A DNA stretch of 64,000 nucleotides from Bilabrum cf. latius (taxonomy: Eukaryota), in contig OZ237776.1 in the NCBI GenBank assembly GCA_965178125.1, positions 1 through 64,000 on the forward strand. Reading direction: 5' to 3'. The position numbers and the translations under genes are program-made. The notes beneath the pieces were generated by a model. It made no database searches and had not been told where the DNA came from. It saw only the letters and a program-made list of their open reading frames with translations. This document shows positions 1 to 12,300 of the stretch, piece after piece (position 1 is the first letter of the stretch; the number at the start of each line of letters is the position of its first letter).

Positions 1-16
1 GGACATCTCGCAGGCC

Positions 17-943
17 ATGGAGCGGCCGCTGCCTCCCTGCGGGCCGCTCCCAGAGGGGGCCCGCGCGCTGGCCGAGGAGGAAGCCGCCCGCGCGGCGCTC
101 GAGGCCGCTGAGGGTCTGCAGCGGGGGGGCCTGGTGGCGCCCGGGGAGCAGGCGGCGGCGCGGGATGCAGCTGCCCTGCAGGCCTGCGCGCGCGCTGCTG
201 CCGCCGGAGGGGAGGAGCTCTCGGCGCGGCAGGAGAGGCTGGGCGGGGCGGCGGGGGCGCCTCGTGAGGCGGCAGCGGTGGCGGCGGCTCGCTGCGCGGA
301 GGAGCTGCAGGCCATGGAGGCAGAGGACGCGGGGCTGCGGGCGGATGCGTGGGCCAAGGCGGGTATGGGGGTGAGCGGTGGCCTCGTGGACGGGGGGTGG
401 GCCGTGGGTGCTGCTGGATCTCGCGGAGCAGAGGAGGGCTCTCTGGTGTGGGCCGTGCTATCCTCGTGGCAGGCGCTGGCCGTGGCGCTGGTGGTGGCGC
501 TCGCCACTGTGCGCTGGCTGCTGCACCGGCGGGACTCGTGGGCTGGGTGGGCCCCTCGCCTGACCGACTCGTGGGACGTGGCGGCCCTGTGTCTGCTGGT
601 GGTCTGCGGGCTCTATCTCATGGGCTTCAGCTACGTGCCGGTGCTGCGGGGGCTGGGGGTGGGCCTGGGGCCCAGGAGGAGCCAGGCTGGGGGTGCGCAG
701 GGTCCCGTGGCGCGGGCGGGAGGCAAGCTGGCGGCTGACCTGGAGGCGATGCGGTGGACGGACGCAGTGCCCCCGCAGGGGGTGCCCCCACTTCCCCCAG
801 GGGCCGTGGATGGCATGGTGCGGTGGGCAGTGCTGGGCGAGGAAGTTGGTGAGGGGGAGCAGGGAGAGGAGGAGGGAGAGGAGGATGCTGGTGTGCGGTG
901 GAGGGGTGGGAGGGGACAGGAGGAGCAAGTGCATGCCCTCTGA
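17..943 (+). CDS. Hypothetical membrane protein (possibly 5'-truncated by the window edge)
   Basis: 308-aa ORF ending in TGA. It has an Ala/Glu-rich helical N-terminus and two hydrophobic segments (LVWAVLSSWQALAVALVVALATV; VAALCLLVVCGLYLMGFSYV). The frame is open back to position 2. No family recognised. Confidence 0.5.
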   Translation: MERPLPPCGPLPEGARALAEEEAARAALEAAEGLQRGGLVAPGEQAAARDAAALQACARAAAAGGEELSARQERLGGAAGAPREAAAVAAARCAEELQAMEAEDAGLRADAWAKAGMGVSGGLVDGGWAVGAAGSRGAEEGSLVWAVLSSWQALAVALVVALATVRWLLHRRDSWAGWAPRLTDSWDVAALCLLVVCGLYLMGFSYVPVLRGLGVGLGPRRSQAGGAQGPVARAGGKLAADLEAMRWTDAVPPQGVPPLPPGAVDGMVRWAVLGEEVGEGEQGEEEGEEDAGVRWRGGRGQEEQVHAL

Positions 944-1690
944 GCTGAGAGGCGGGAGGATCGGCGAGAAGGAGAAGGGAGGCAATGAGAAACCGTTCTT
1001 GATGGATGGATGGATCTTTGGAACCGCAGCCCAGGGCATCGTCGAGGCAGGCAGTCTGCGACGCAAGCAAACTGATTCTCGCTTCGAGCGATGAACCCGT
1101 GGGGTTGCGCCGGTGCAGCGCGCAGCTGATCCAAACTATACCACGCCCCCGTCCCTGCACCCTTTATTGGGGGTAGCCGGCGGCGGGACGCGTGCGTGGT
1201 GGATGTGCGCGCCGCCCGTCTGTCTGTTACCTAACACATACTGAGTACGCATGGAGCATGTAGATACTTACTTTGGACTTCCTCGAACACCCGCACAGCG
1301 CTGGCACCACTCCTTCGCAGCATGCGCGCCGCAACACAACCCCGGGCCCCAGCCGCCCGCAACAGCCCTCGAGTCATCGGGCCCGGGGCTAGCCTCGGAG
1401 TTGTGCGCCCAGGAGGGGACAAATTCCCGGTCTAACCCGAGACATCAATCGCTAGCGTATTTGGTACTACTTGTCCCCTTCCCTTCCCGATCCAACCATC
1501 GCACGGGCACTGGAGAAGCCCATACGAAAACCACTCCGCGACTTAAAATATCAATGCTGTAGGGATACTGATAAAAATTAAAGCCCAAACCAGTTCTGCA
1601 GATCCAGGTTCCGTTACCACTGGCAATGCGCGGCGGCACATCGAGTGGATCCTTTGCCCACAGTTGCAAATACGATTGGCTCTGAGTGCC

Positions 1691-4118
1691 ATGCAGTACA
1701 CTATTGCACCATGGATTATCACAGTACTTGCAGCAATCTCCTGTGTGAGGCGCAAAAAAGCAGACTCAGTCGCAGCTAGTACCAACAAATGTTCGTCCAA
1801 CCCAATGACGCGTCGTGCACCTATTGGACACCATTTTGCAGAAAGGGGCTACTTCCACCCAACTTGGCGTTGAGTTCGGCGGTGAAATGGCTTTCATAGA
1901 TCAGTGGAAGTTTTCTGGCATGTGGGGAAACCATGCGAACGCAGCACCGCAATTAGTGAACCAAAGTGGCCCGGCTCCAATTGATTGGGACGGCAACCCA
2001 CAGTCCGACTTTTACATGGTAAGAATCATGCCTTAAGCATATGACAGCCACAGTTAACAGTGGGCCCTGACTTGCGAGTTGGATCTTGCTTGCGTGCATA
2101 CTTGCCCATGATGCAGATCGCGATGGACAAGCGGCCTTTCGAGGCGGACGACCCGAGAAACATAGGGGTTTGGGCCCCTGGCACCTGGCAGATGCGGTGG
2201 AAAGGTATCGCAAACGTTTCCGTGTATTCGAACGCCATCGGGCAGAATCCAGGCTGGCATACCACCACGATCCTGTACAACGAGACCTCCAACTGGAGCC
2301 ACATGAACGTCACGCTGCAACCAGAGCACTTCGTGCCTCAGCTTAACTTCTTGCAATTCAAGGTGAGATGACTCAAGATGGTATGAGTAGCGAGTATTTG
2401 CTTGACCACGCGAACTGACCTGACTGCTGGCTTTCTACCACCATTTCCTCTCGCAGTGGGGCAACGCTTCGGGAAGACCAGTTCGTTGCAGTTCAAGCAC
2501 CTGAAGTACTACGATTCGTGCGCTCGTTTTCATTATCTATTCGCAGTTTTACCGAGACTCGGTAGAACATGTCTGCTGAGATCGGGAGCGGAGTCAGCAA
2601 CGTCAGCATGATCATCCCGAACCACACTTTTGCGGATGCAGATCTGGCAACTGGGCAGGTCTTCTCATCTGATTTGCTTGCTGCGATCAAGAGCATCAAG
2701 CACCTAAGTCACGTCCGTTTCATGGGTGTTCTTGGAACCACGTACAAGCCATCGTACTATCGTGAGTTCTCTTCACGGTACGATGTTTCGTCAGGATTGA
2801 TTATGATTGAAGCCTCAAGACAATATGTCATACTGCTGTAGCATGGTCGTACGCAGAGCCGCCCGACTACGGAATCATCGAGTGGGAGCAGCGGACTGAC
2901 CCAAGCAGCGCGAGCTGGCACTACAACGGTCGCAACTCATCCCACACGGCAACGATCCCGTGGGAAGCCATCTCAGCGTTTGCCAGGCAGACAGGAAAGG
3001 ACGTCTGGATCAATATCCCGGTCTCTGCCTCGTCTGGGTGCATGCCCATGCCATCTGATAGCTGTTGGTAGCAGGGGAAGCAGAAGTACGTGGGCCAGCT
3101 CGCCCAGCTCCTCAAGGACACGCTGCCTGATGACACGAACATCTACCTCGAGCATTCGAATGAAGCGTGGAACTGGGGCTTCAAGCCAACTCTGTACAAC
3201 TTCATGAACGCTGCTGGTGAGAGCCCCCACATGCAGGAAGTGTGAGGTACCTCGGTAAAGCCATACACTGGCCATGTTTCCTGACGGACTTGAGTTCCCA
3301 CGTTTTCGCAGACATCTGCAACCGGACCGCCAACAAGTCGTCGATATGCAGCGTGCCATGTCCCAGTCGTCATCACCCGAATGATACTGGGCCATGTCCC
3401 GATCCGATGACCGTTGCACTGCGTCGCCACATGTAGAGGGTGTATGAGATTGTCAGAGAGTTTGCCGAAGTGTTTGGCTACGATGAGATCAACAGCCGCA
3501 TCAGGGGCGTCTACTGCGACTGGACTGAAAGCCCTAGCAACTTCAACCAGTCCCTGACTTGGTTTGAGGCCGTAAACGGCAAGGGATCTGCGCAGAGGTA
3601 TCTGTGGGCGATCTGCCCGAGTGCCTACTTCAACTACAACGCCACCAAGACACTGCCGGCAAAAGCCTCAGTTGCTGAGATAGTCAAGGGGTACCTGAAT
3701 GCTTCTGCCTCGGTCCCCAGTCACACAAACGAGACCCGCCAGATCGCCGATAGTTTTGGGCTCCGGATGGCTGCTTAGTGAGTAGGTCTAGAATTTTCAG
3801 TGGCATCTCGCCGACTATTGTGGTTGATGCCCCAATATCAGCAGTCACTGCGTCCTTCAATCCTTCTTTCGCAGCGAGGGCGGGCCTGGGATGTCTGTCG
3901 GCAACCGCAACGACCTGGCGAACATTCTTCTTGCCGAAGGTGACGACGGCATGACCGACGTGATGAATTCATGGTGGAAAAATTGGGCGAACTACTTCGA
4001 CACCCTGCACCTTTTCCAGCTCGCCGGGTACTGGACTCGATTCGGAGCATGGGGTGCCACTGAGGTCCTATCGGAAACATCCGGCCCCAAGTTCAAGGCT
4101 TTGCAGAACTTTGACTGA
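1691..4118 (+). CDS. Secreted glycoside-hydrolase-like ('cellulose-binding domain protein'-type) protein, multi-exon, with in-frame TAGs
   Basis: Signal-peptide-like MQYTIAPWIITVLAAISC. GT-AG introns at 1745-1841, 2019-2116, 2762-2841, 3217-3311 and 3778-3874; splicing across 2363-2546 is unresolved. Motifs FIDQWK, VRFMG, IPWE..KDVWINIP, IYLEHSNEAWNWGF, RRHMxRVYEI..F..VFG and AYEGGPG. In-frame TAG at 2563, 3069 and 3434; ends in TGA. Confidence 0.7.
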
Positions 4119-4182
4119 GGGTCGGTGGGTCGACGATGATTTTTGCGCGTTATACCATTGCAATACACGTCTGATGTAGATC

Positions 4183-4979
4183 TCATACGATCCCGGATGC
4201 AATCACAGCAGCCGCGATCCAGCCGCCAGCAGCAGCCACCGAGCCCTCTGGCCCGGGGCCAGCCGCTGGGTTGTGCGCCCAGCCACCTGGCACCAGCAAC
4301 ACGGCGCATGCGGCAACCACCCCGCCCCACATGGCCACGCTGCCGGACAACCTATGCAGCCAGTCCACCCATCGCACAACGGGCCAGCGCGCACTAGAGC
4401 ACGGCTTGCGTCCTGTGAACGCACCGAGAGTGTCCAATAAGTACCGCAGTGGAGTTGCTCTTGCCGTACGAAACCAACCCTGCGACACCTGATTCGGCAA
4501 CATGATTGCGATAGTGAATTATTCGGGGGAATGCATGCATTACATCAGGCATTCTGTGGCTAAGCTGTTACACTCACGTACATTGCGTTGCAAGCCATGT
4601 GAGTGACCAATCCTAGGCCTACTTTGCCATGAATAGATGTAAGATGCTCCTTGCCGTGCAAGTTCTTATTGCTCCAAATAACCCAAGCTGCTGCTACCGC
4701 TCCCGCTGCGGCAACAGTCTGCGCTGCCGCGTGGATTCCGAGAAGCACACCACCAGCCCCACGCCAAGATTTCCGCGCCGCAGCTGCCCATACGCCAATA
4801 ATCATAGATCCTAGCGACAAGCTAGTGAGAATAGGGTGAAACACAAATAGAGGAACACCCTCGAGCTCCCCAGATAGGATGCTCGGTAGATGAGGCGAGA
4901 CTGATGGAGCTTTTAGTACAGGCAATACCGCCATTGTGACAGCCAACGCAACACATACAGCAGAGTACTACGGCAGCAT
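4183..4979 (-). CDS. Cytochrome b561 domain membrane protein (spliced)
   Basis: Four heme-ligand-type His motifs in TM helices: FVFHPILT, GIHAAAQ, HLTSIHGKVG and WLHRLSG. First ATG at 4979 is followed by an in-frame TAG at 4970-4968, or a later Met is used. At least one intron near 4490-4580. Ends in TGA at 4183. Confidence 0.75.
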
Positions 4980-7038
4980 TTGTGTGGCCCCACTTAGTCG
5001 CTCCTGTGGAGTATAGTGTGATTTGCAGGCAGAGGCCGGTTTGAATTGGACTCCGAGTCGGAACACTGCTCCTCTGGTCGCTTTCATCAGCTGCATGCAA
5101 GCCAACGCCAGCGACAAGCATGCAACCTGGTGCTCTTGGATCTTGGGTCAACCAGCGTAGATGCCTGCTCCCACGCACGATCCATCTTTAAACTAAACAA
5201 TTTTGTATTTTGTAAAAAGTCGAGAACGGTATCATGTACAAATATGATCCAAACTTTAGTACTTTTCCAGGCTAGGTCACGAAATCCACAAACAAGTCCA
5301 ACACTAGTGTACAATACTTGCACGACAAATTGTATGCACTTTCCTTGCCATGCTACGCGTTGCAGTATTCAAAAGACAAATCAATAATCCTAACGCTGCA
5401 TGGCATTCGATGTTGATGGCAGAGTGAGAGCGCATCTTTTAATGTATGTTTTTGATGCGTGACCACCAGCATGCACTAGGGGTACGCCTTCTTGAGGCTG
5501 ATTTTTCGCAAGCATTATGTAGTTTGGTAATTAGTTTGAATGTGGGATTTACAGGTGCTTGCTATGAACAACCATGATAAAAATACCCGTAAAATATTGA
5601 TTTCAAAGCGGACCAAACGTGCAATAACACGCATCGGCAATTTCTTTTAAAAGGCTTCTATACGACAACTGTAATTTTTTGGCAAGCAATCAATTGGCAA
5701 TATATCGGCTAAAGTTGTGGTTGCCTGTTTCAATCCAGCGCCCCATCATTGGCGATGCGAATCTAGGATACGAATCTTGTTTGTTGATAAGCCGCGCCAT
5801 AGAATTTAGCCTTGCTGCTGGCAGCTACGCTAAATACATTTTGAATTTGAGAATGTGTGCCCAAATTCTTTTAAAAGGATGCTGTCAAAAGTATCAGAGC
5901 ATTTAAATGATGCCTGGGTTTCAACAGAGACCCCATTTATCGCCTCTGTATAGAATGGAGTCAGGTTAGTCAAAGCAAACGCATTTGAAGTCTACCAAGT
6001 CTACATGATGAGCATTCACTACGATACACGAGCTTCATTGTCGTGTCCGGGAGCTACATGTATCGATCGACATCTGCAGTATGCAAAAACAATACTGTGA
6101 CCAGAAAGCTCCTTGCCAACTAAGGTTAAGATTTCAAGCGAACAATCAGCTGTTCTGACGTGGGTTTTGAGTCAAAAACTTCTTTATACTTGCCTATCCC
6201 CTTTCGCCATACATGCAACTTCTTGGTTGGAAGATAAGTAGGGATTCCAATTACAAATAATTTGTCTTTGGTCGCTATGGAGGCTGTCAAATACCAGTAT
6301 AGGCAATGGCGATGATTTCAGTTGAAAGTGGGTTGAACCAGCATTAAAAGGCTCATCAATATTTGTCCTTAGTCCTAATTATATGATAGTCTTGATCCTA
6401 ACCTGGCCTTTCTAAATGTTAGTTGCGTAGGAAGAGTGATCACCATGCTTTTTAACTGATACTACAATGTCAAGGCCCCTATCGAAGAGTACGCATTTCA
6501 TACTTTTCCAACAGAATCTGGAGGCTGATTGATCAGCAATACAAGAGATAAACCCACGTTTTTTGTTCTCTTCTTATAGCAGACCTATAACATGCTACTG
6601 AATGCTGATATGGTGAGGCCGGTTCCAAACTGCTTTAGTCACATAGTGACTGCCTGGACCAAAAAGCTTTACAAATTATCGTTCGGGCGCATGTTCTGTA
6701 AAAGTACTTACATGACAATTGCTTTACAATATTGATATATACTTATTGTGTGATAGAAGTAACCGGTTGTATTGGTTGCACTTTCTAATCGAAAATATAC
6801 TATGCGGAAGAAACTAAAACAGCAGTCAACATTAGCATGTGCTGGAAGCTAGCCGCAGGTTTGGATTGGGTCCGTATTGCGATCTGACCAGATCTTTTTG
6901 AGATCACCGGCTAAAATAGTTGAAAACAAAGTTACCAGGCTTCAAGAAAAGACCATTGGCAAAAATATCATGAAAAAGATACAAACGACGAACCCATAGC
7001 CATACTTCTATATATAAATCAATGAATACACATCGTCC

Positions 7039-8907
7039 TCAAAAGGGGTCTCGCTCTCCTTGGCACATACACTGCAAGAAATCAGCAAAACTGATTCTAC
7101 CATCTTCATCGACATCGCCAGACCGAAGAATGGCATCTGAGTAGTCTGGGTCACCGCATTCACTAACGATGGCGTCCAAGTCGAACTTTGATATGTAGCC
7201 ATCCTTATCGACATCAAGGGTCTCAAACACGGAAATCAACTTCGGGGCATCAAGGTAAAGCTACCTCGGAATAAGAAATGCTTGCAATTCCGCTGCGGTA
7301 ATGGAGCCATCTCGGTTGATGTCGCATGCCGATGCGAGTCTGGTCACAAGCCCCATGTCGATACCAGGCAGTGAGTGGGGCCTGGCTGCTAGAAGAAGGT
7401 CATCGGCTTTCACCGCCTCACCCCCAGATCGAGCCAACTGTCGAAAAATACGGAGTTCTCGTGCCACAACCGACACGGGTAGGCCCTTGGCAAGGACGGC
7501 GAGGGTGACTCGTTTGAGAAGGGGATAGCATGCGAATCGCCGCATCCGCGAAAAGGCCCTCTGCATGTCCCTGCGCTGCGTTAAGTCGTGCAGCACCTCT
7601 CCCTCCATCTGCACCCAGGGGTGCTGCAGGGCTTCCTGCACCGTCAGCCTCCTCGCCGGGTCCCTCGTCAGCAGCGCGCGCACTAGTTCCTTGACCGTGG
7701 AAGACCGGTGCGCCCAGTCATTCTCGGCCAATTGCAGCTCCGAGTTCCTGACCCTGTCGTAGATTTCCGCCTCTGATTCCCCCCAGAACGGCGGGTAGGA
7801 GCACATCATCGTAAATAGGATCACGCCAGCACTCCACATGTCGCATTCCTTTCCGTACCGGCGACCGATCACTTCGGGGGCGATGTAGAACGGCGTCCCG
7901 CACAGCTGCCTGAGCTGCTGTGTGGGTGCGATGTAGGTGGACAGCCCGAAATCGATGATCTTTACGTCTGCATCCAGGTCGCGCTGTCTGAACATCACAT
8001 TCTCGGGCTTTAGGTCTCGATGCACGATCCCGCGCTCGTGCAAGTGCGCGATGCCTTGCAGCAGCCGGCGGAACTGCAGGGAGTTTGAGGGAGACAAAAG
8101 GCCGGAAAAGAGCCTCGTGGCCATGCAAATCGTGCCAGTGGTATCATTTCACTTTCAAACAGGCCCCCGGGGGGTCTGGTGCTCACCACCCTGGCTGCGC
8201 TATTCTCGCGGAAGCGGTAGTCTGGATTCGAAATAGGCTCGAAGAGTTCCCCGCCAGAGCACATTTCAAAAACCATCTTTATATCTGTCTACGACTCGAA
8301 TGCATCGTACAGTCGGACGATGTTGCGGTGGCGCAGCCGCCGGAGCAGCGAGATCTCCTTGCGAAGCATGTCGACGTACACGCGCCTTTTCTTCGTGACA
8401 GATTTAATAGCAACCTTTGTGGGGTTCTTGACACCGCTGATGTAGTCTGACATCTTGATTGCCTGTCGCACTTCGCCGTAGTGACCTGCGTGTGAGGGAG
8501 AGGTTCGCCGTGTGTATGCGTGTTCAAATCGATACTGATATCACAGGATGGTACATGCGCATTCAATTCGTTTTCTTACCTTTACCGACCGCACCAAGTA
8601 GCTTGTAGTGGTCTTCTACGCGGCGCATTCGCATAGTTGGGTTTAGCACAAAATAATCGCTAACGTCTGCATCTCGTGCTCGCCTATGCTTGGCTTCTCT
8701 CGCATCCGTACCTTTGCCACGTTTTCCATGGCTTCCATCGCCTTTTCCTCGCTGCTCTGGATCATCAGAGGCTCGGCCAGACGGAGAGCCGTTCGTGTCG
8801 CGGTCGCCACCACCCCCTGGAGCTGAGCCTCCCCCGCTCGTCCATTCGTTCGGGGGGTCTGGGGGAACATTAGGATTCATATTTCCTGTAGCAGGAGAAT
8901 TTCCCAT
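7039..8907 (-). CDS. CDPK: Calcium-dependent protein kinase (kinase domain plus EF-hands)
   Basis: Exons 8907-8580, 8485-8187 and 8073-7039. Kinase motifs GKGHYGEV, VAIK, HRDLKPEN, DFG, APE and DMWSAG. EF-hands DINRDGSITAAE, DVDKDGYISKFD and DVDEDGRISFAD. MGNS start resembles an N-myristoylation site (an in-frame ATG also lies at 8943). In-frame TAG at 8291-8289 and 7263-7261; TGA stop. Confidence 0.93.
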
Positions 8908-9389
8908 TGTAGCAGCTCCAGTGCACCTTGAATTGTAATCCATTGTTATTGCTCGAGTTTCCGCGATTTGCTGTTCCGGTTTTCATTGGCGATCCACGGG
9001 TGGGGCCAAAGGCTCCTCCAGCGGGGCACTTCTCACACGGGTACGGCTATTCACGAGAAGAGTATCGGAGTATGGCACCAGTAGATCCAGCCGAAGCTCG
9101 TATGGACACCCCCCCATCCCGTCGATCGACTTTGCCTGGCAGCCAATATGGACTGCAGTTCTTTCATAAAGTGCTGCAGATCCGTTTATTCCAATCCTGT
9201 GTGACCTTATAAGTTCAATCAATAGCGGAGGAGGCGAACACGGGAAGAACGATTTGGGTACGCGCACAAGAAAAGACACGATCTCCCAAGCATCCATCGC
9301 GAGCCACGCCAGTCGGCAGCATTTTGGTTCTCTTTCTCACGAAATCGCATCGGACACATACTTCGCCCCTCGGGGCTACTGGGCCAGGT

Positions 9390-12300
9390 ATGGAGAGCGA
9401 TTCAGCTGCAAATAGAATACATACATTGTAGGCCGCGTCTGGAACAGAAGATTTGCGCGATGAATCCGGCTCATAGCCGGCAAAGCGTTCAACGGAAATG
9501 CTATCCGGAGATGCCTAGAGTAGCGCTGCAGTTGCAAAGATTAATGTGTCCGGCAAACTCGGTAACCAGAATAAGATAGATAGCTCAAATGGCTCAGCTG
9601 AATCAAAGTCTCCGGAACGGTCTGGTGAAACGACGAAAGGAATTCGATTTGCTGGAAGCTCGCGAACATCTCAATAGCTCAAAGAAGAGAAGGAGCCGGC
9701 AAACACCACGGACAAGAAACGGAAACATATCCGATTTGCTCGTGCAGAGCCAGAACCGGCCCAGCATGGGGCCAGCCCTCGTCCAGCCCACGGGTAGAAT
9801 TCGGGAGCGTTGCGGCCTCCTGCTTCGAGGCAAGTTCAGGTTCGTGGCCCTGAGCCGCCCAGCCTCCGAATGCGGCTGGCAGCCCATCGATAGGCCTGGG
9901 ATCTGCTTCCCCTGCCGCGTGCCATCTCTGCAGCTAGTGCCAGAGGACCCGCCCGATCACCTGCCCGACAAGGAGCTGGGGGCAACGCGCCTGCCGCTGA
10001 GGATGCGGGGACGAGCGGCCTGTCGCTGCGCCTTTGGAACGACGTCCTTCGATCCACATCGCGGTGGGCACAGGGTGCAATGCACTGCGGCGCGCCGCTC
10101 CCCGTGGCTGTCGGCCGATCCTGCCGGTCGCTTCACAGCGAGCACCGGCGGGGTGCATCGAACGATAGCGCGCCCGGTCCCAGCGACCGCTGGCACGTCA
10201 AATGGTAGCACCAGCCCCGGGCCTCCAGGGGTGCATTGCACGGTAGCGCCCGGGGCTCCTCCAACGACAGCGGTGGGGCGGGCTCGAGCCGCAGCGCGCT
10301 GGACACAACACGATCGGTGGATTCGGGTATGACGAGTGCGGGCGCGGAACAACCGAGCGGCGCCGCGCACGCGATCATCCAGGCAGGCTCGGTGTCCTCC
10401 CCTGTCCTTGTGTGGCTCAGCCGACGACAGGGGCCGTCTGGACCCGCGGCACGGTGGGGCGCCGCTGCGGCTGTGCCTCCGCTGAGCGTGGGGGAGCGGG
10501 CCGGCGTGCATGCATTGCACGGTGGTGCAGGCCCGCGGTCCGCGTCCCCGCCCACCGGCGCCGCGTGGCGCGTGCCCCCAAGCGGCCCCTCGGCCGAGAC
10601 CCGCCCCCGCACTGGGTCCAAGGAGGCCATCACGGAATCCACCGGTGGATTGGACCCGGCCGTGCTGAGTCCAAAGCCGGGAGGGGTGTTCACAGGGGAG
10701 ATACCTCATGCGCATAACCGGAACTAGGGGCAGCAGCACGCCGGGGACGCTGCTGATTCAGCTGCTGCAGCTGGCGGCGTGGTGCGGGTGCAGCTGACCG
10801 TGGCAGAGGCCGGGCCCGGTCCGGCGGGGGGAGCTGGAGTGGGGTCCGGAGGGATGGTGACGAGTGCTTTGTCGAGCTCGGAGGAGATGCCACCTCTTCT
10901 GCTGCGCGGGCGCTCCACGGAGAGTGTAGGTCATGGCCATCACTCCTCCGAGTCATCCGGCACCGAGGTGTGGGGCTGTGTGACGAGCGAGATTCTAAAG
11001 GTGCACGGCACTGCGGTGCAGTAGCAGGCCAAGGACTGGGCCTCGCACGGTTGGGTGGCGGTGGCTGCTGTGTCTGCGCACTCGTCACACATTGTAGCAT
11101 CCAGCTTGCTGCCGCTGGCGCATTCCGATGGTGTGACGGGTGCCCAGCGCCGCCCGTGGGCCCCTCCAACCGACCTGACCGAGGGGGGGCTCGGGGCAGG
11201 AGTGGGAGCGGGCCAATCTCCGCTGCTGCTGGCGGGGGGCGTGCCATCACCGACCACTGCGGGAGTGGGAGTGGGAGGGGGAGGGGGGCGTCCCAGGGGG
11301 GGCGTGGGCGGCATGGGCGGGATGCGCGCGTTCGACTGGAGCGAGGATCTGGGGGGCGGATCTTCTGTGGATGACGAGTGGGACAGGGTACACCGCAATG
11401 CAGTGCATGCGTGCTGTCGGCTCAAGCCCTCACCTGCCAGTGCCAAATTTAGTGCACATGCAGGAAAAGACGAGGCTGGCATCAGCTGGTCTCGGTCGAT
11501 GCAGTCCATCGGTGGACTACCAGATCGGACGCCCTCTCCCGTGCTCGTCACACCTGCTGCTGGAGTGGTTGCGACCGGTGCGGGCAGCTCCGGGCATTCT
11601 AGCCCGGGCCGCGCTGGAGTGATGGTGGTGCTGAGCGCCTCACCGGGAAGATCGGATCAACTGGGATCGGATCAACTGGCGGGGATGGGCCAGACCGGCG
11701 TGCAGATGGAGGTGGTGGGTGCAGCTGGCGGCGGCTCCCAGCGGCGTGCCACGACCAGCCTGTCATCGTCTTCCTCCAGCAGCAGGAACCGGCTGAGGGG
11801 GCACAGGACGGGCACTTCTGGGGAACACAGCAGCATCAGGGGACAGGGGAGCGTCGCATCTGGCCCTAGGCAGAGCAAGCTGCGAGCTGGTGCTGGTGCT
11901 GGTGCTGGTGCCGGGGCTGGGGCCGGTGCCGGTGATGGTGCTGGAGTAAGGCCCTTGCATGCAGCCCAAGGCGATGGTGAGGCCCAGGACCAGGGCCGTG
12001 TGCTGGCGGTGTCGATGAGTGCGAGCAGCAGAGGGCATGAAGGGGGGCAGCAGGGAAGTGCCCGGGGAGTGGCAGTGGGCAGGGGCAGGCTCTATGCACC
12101 TGCTGCAATGAATGGCGTGACCGGAGCTGGAGTTGGAGCTGGAGCTGCTGCTGGAGCTGGAGCTGCTGCTGGAGCTGGTACCGGGGAGGATGAAGATGAA
12201 GATAAAGATGATATCGAAGAGGCGGTAAGCTCGGGATGCATGGGCTGCTTCGGGCTTTTTTCATGGGGAAGCAACACAAGCAACCCGGCGAATCCCAGGG

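Noticed and set aside
3776-3778. Apparent TAG ending ORF 3440-3778
   Set aside because: It is TA|GTGAGT, a Tyr codon split by an intron (gives AAYEGGPG), so it was not counted as recoding evidence.
9589-10332. 247-aa plus-strand ORF
   Set aside because: It overlaps, in another frame, the TAG-read-through frame of the giant kinase and has no recognisable features.
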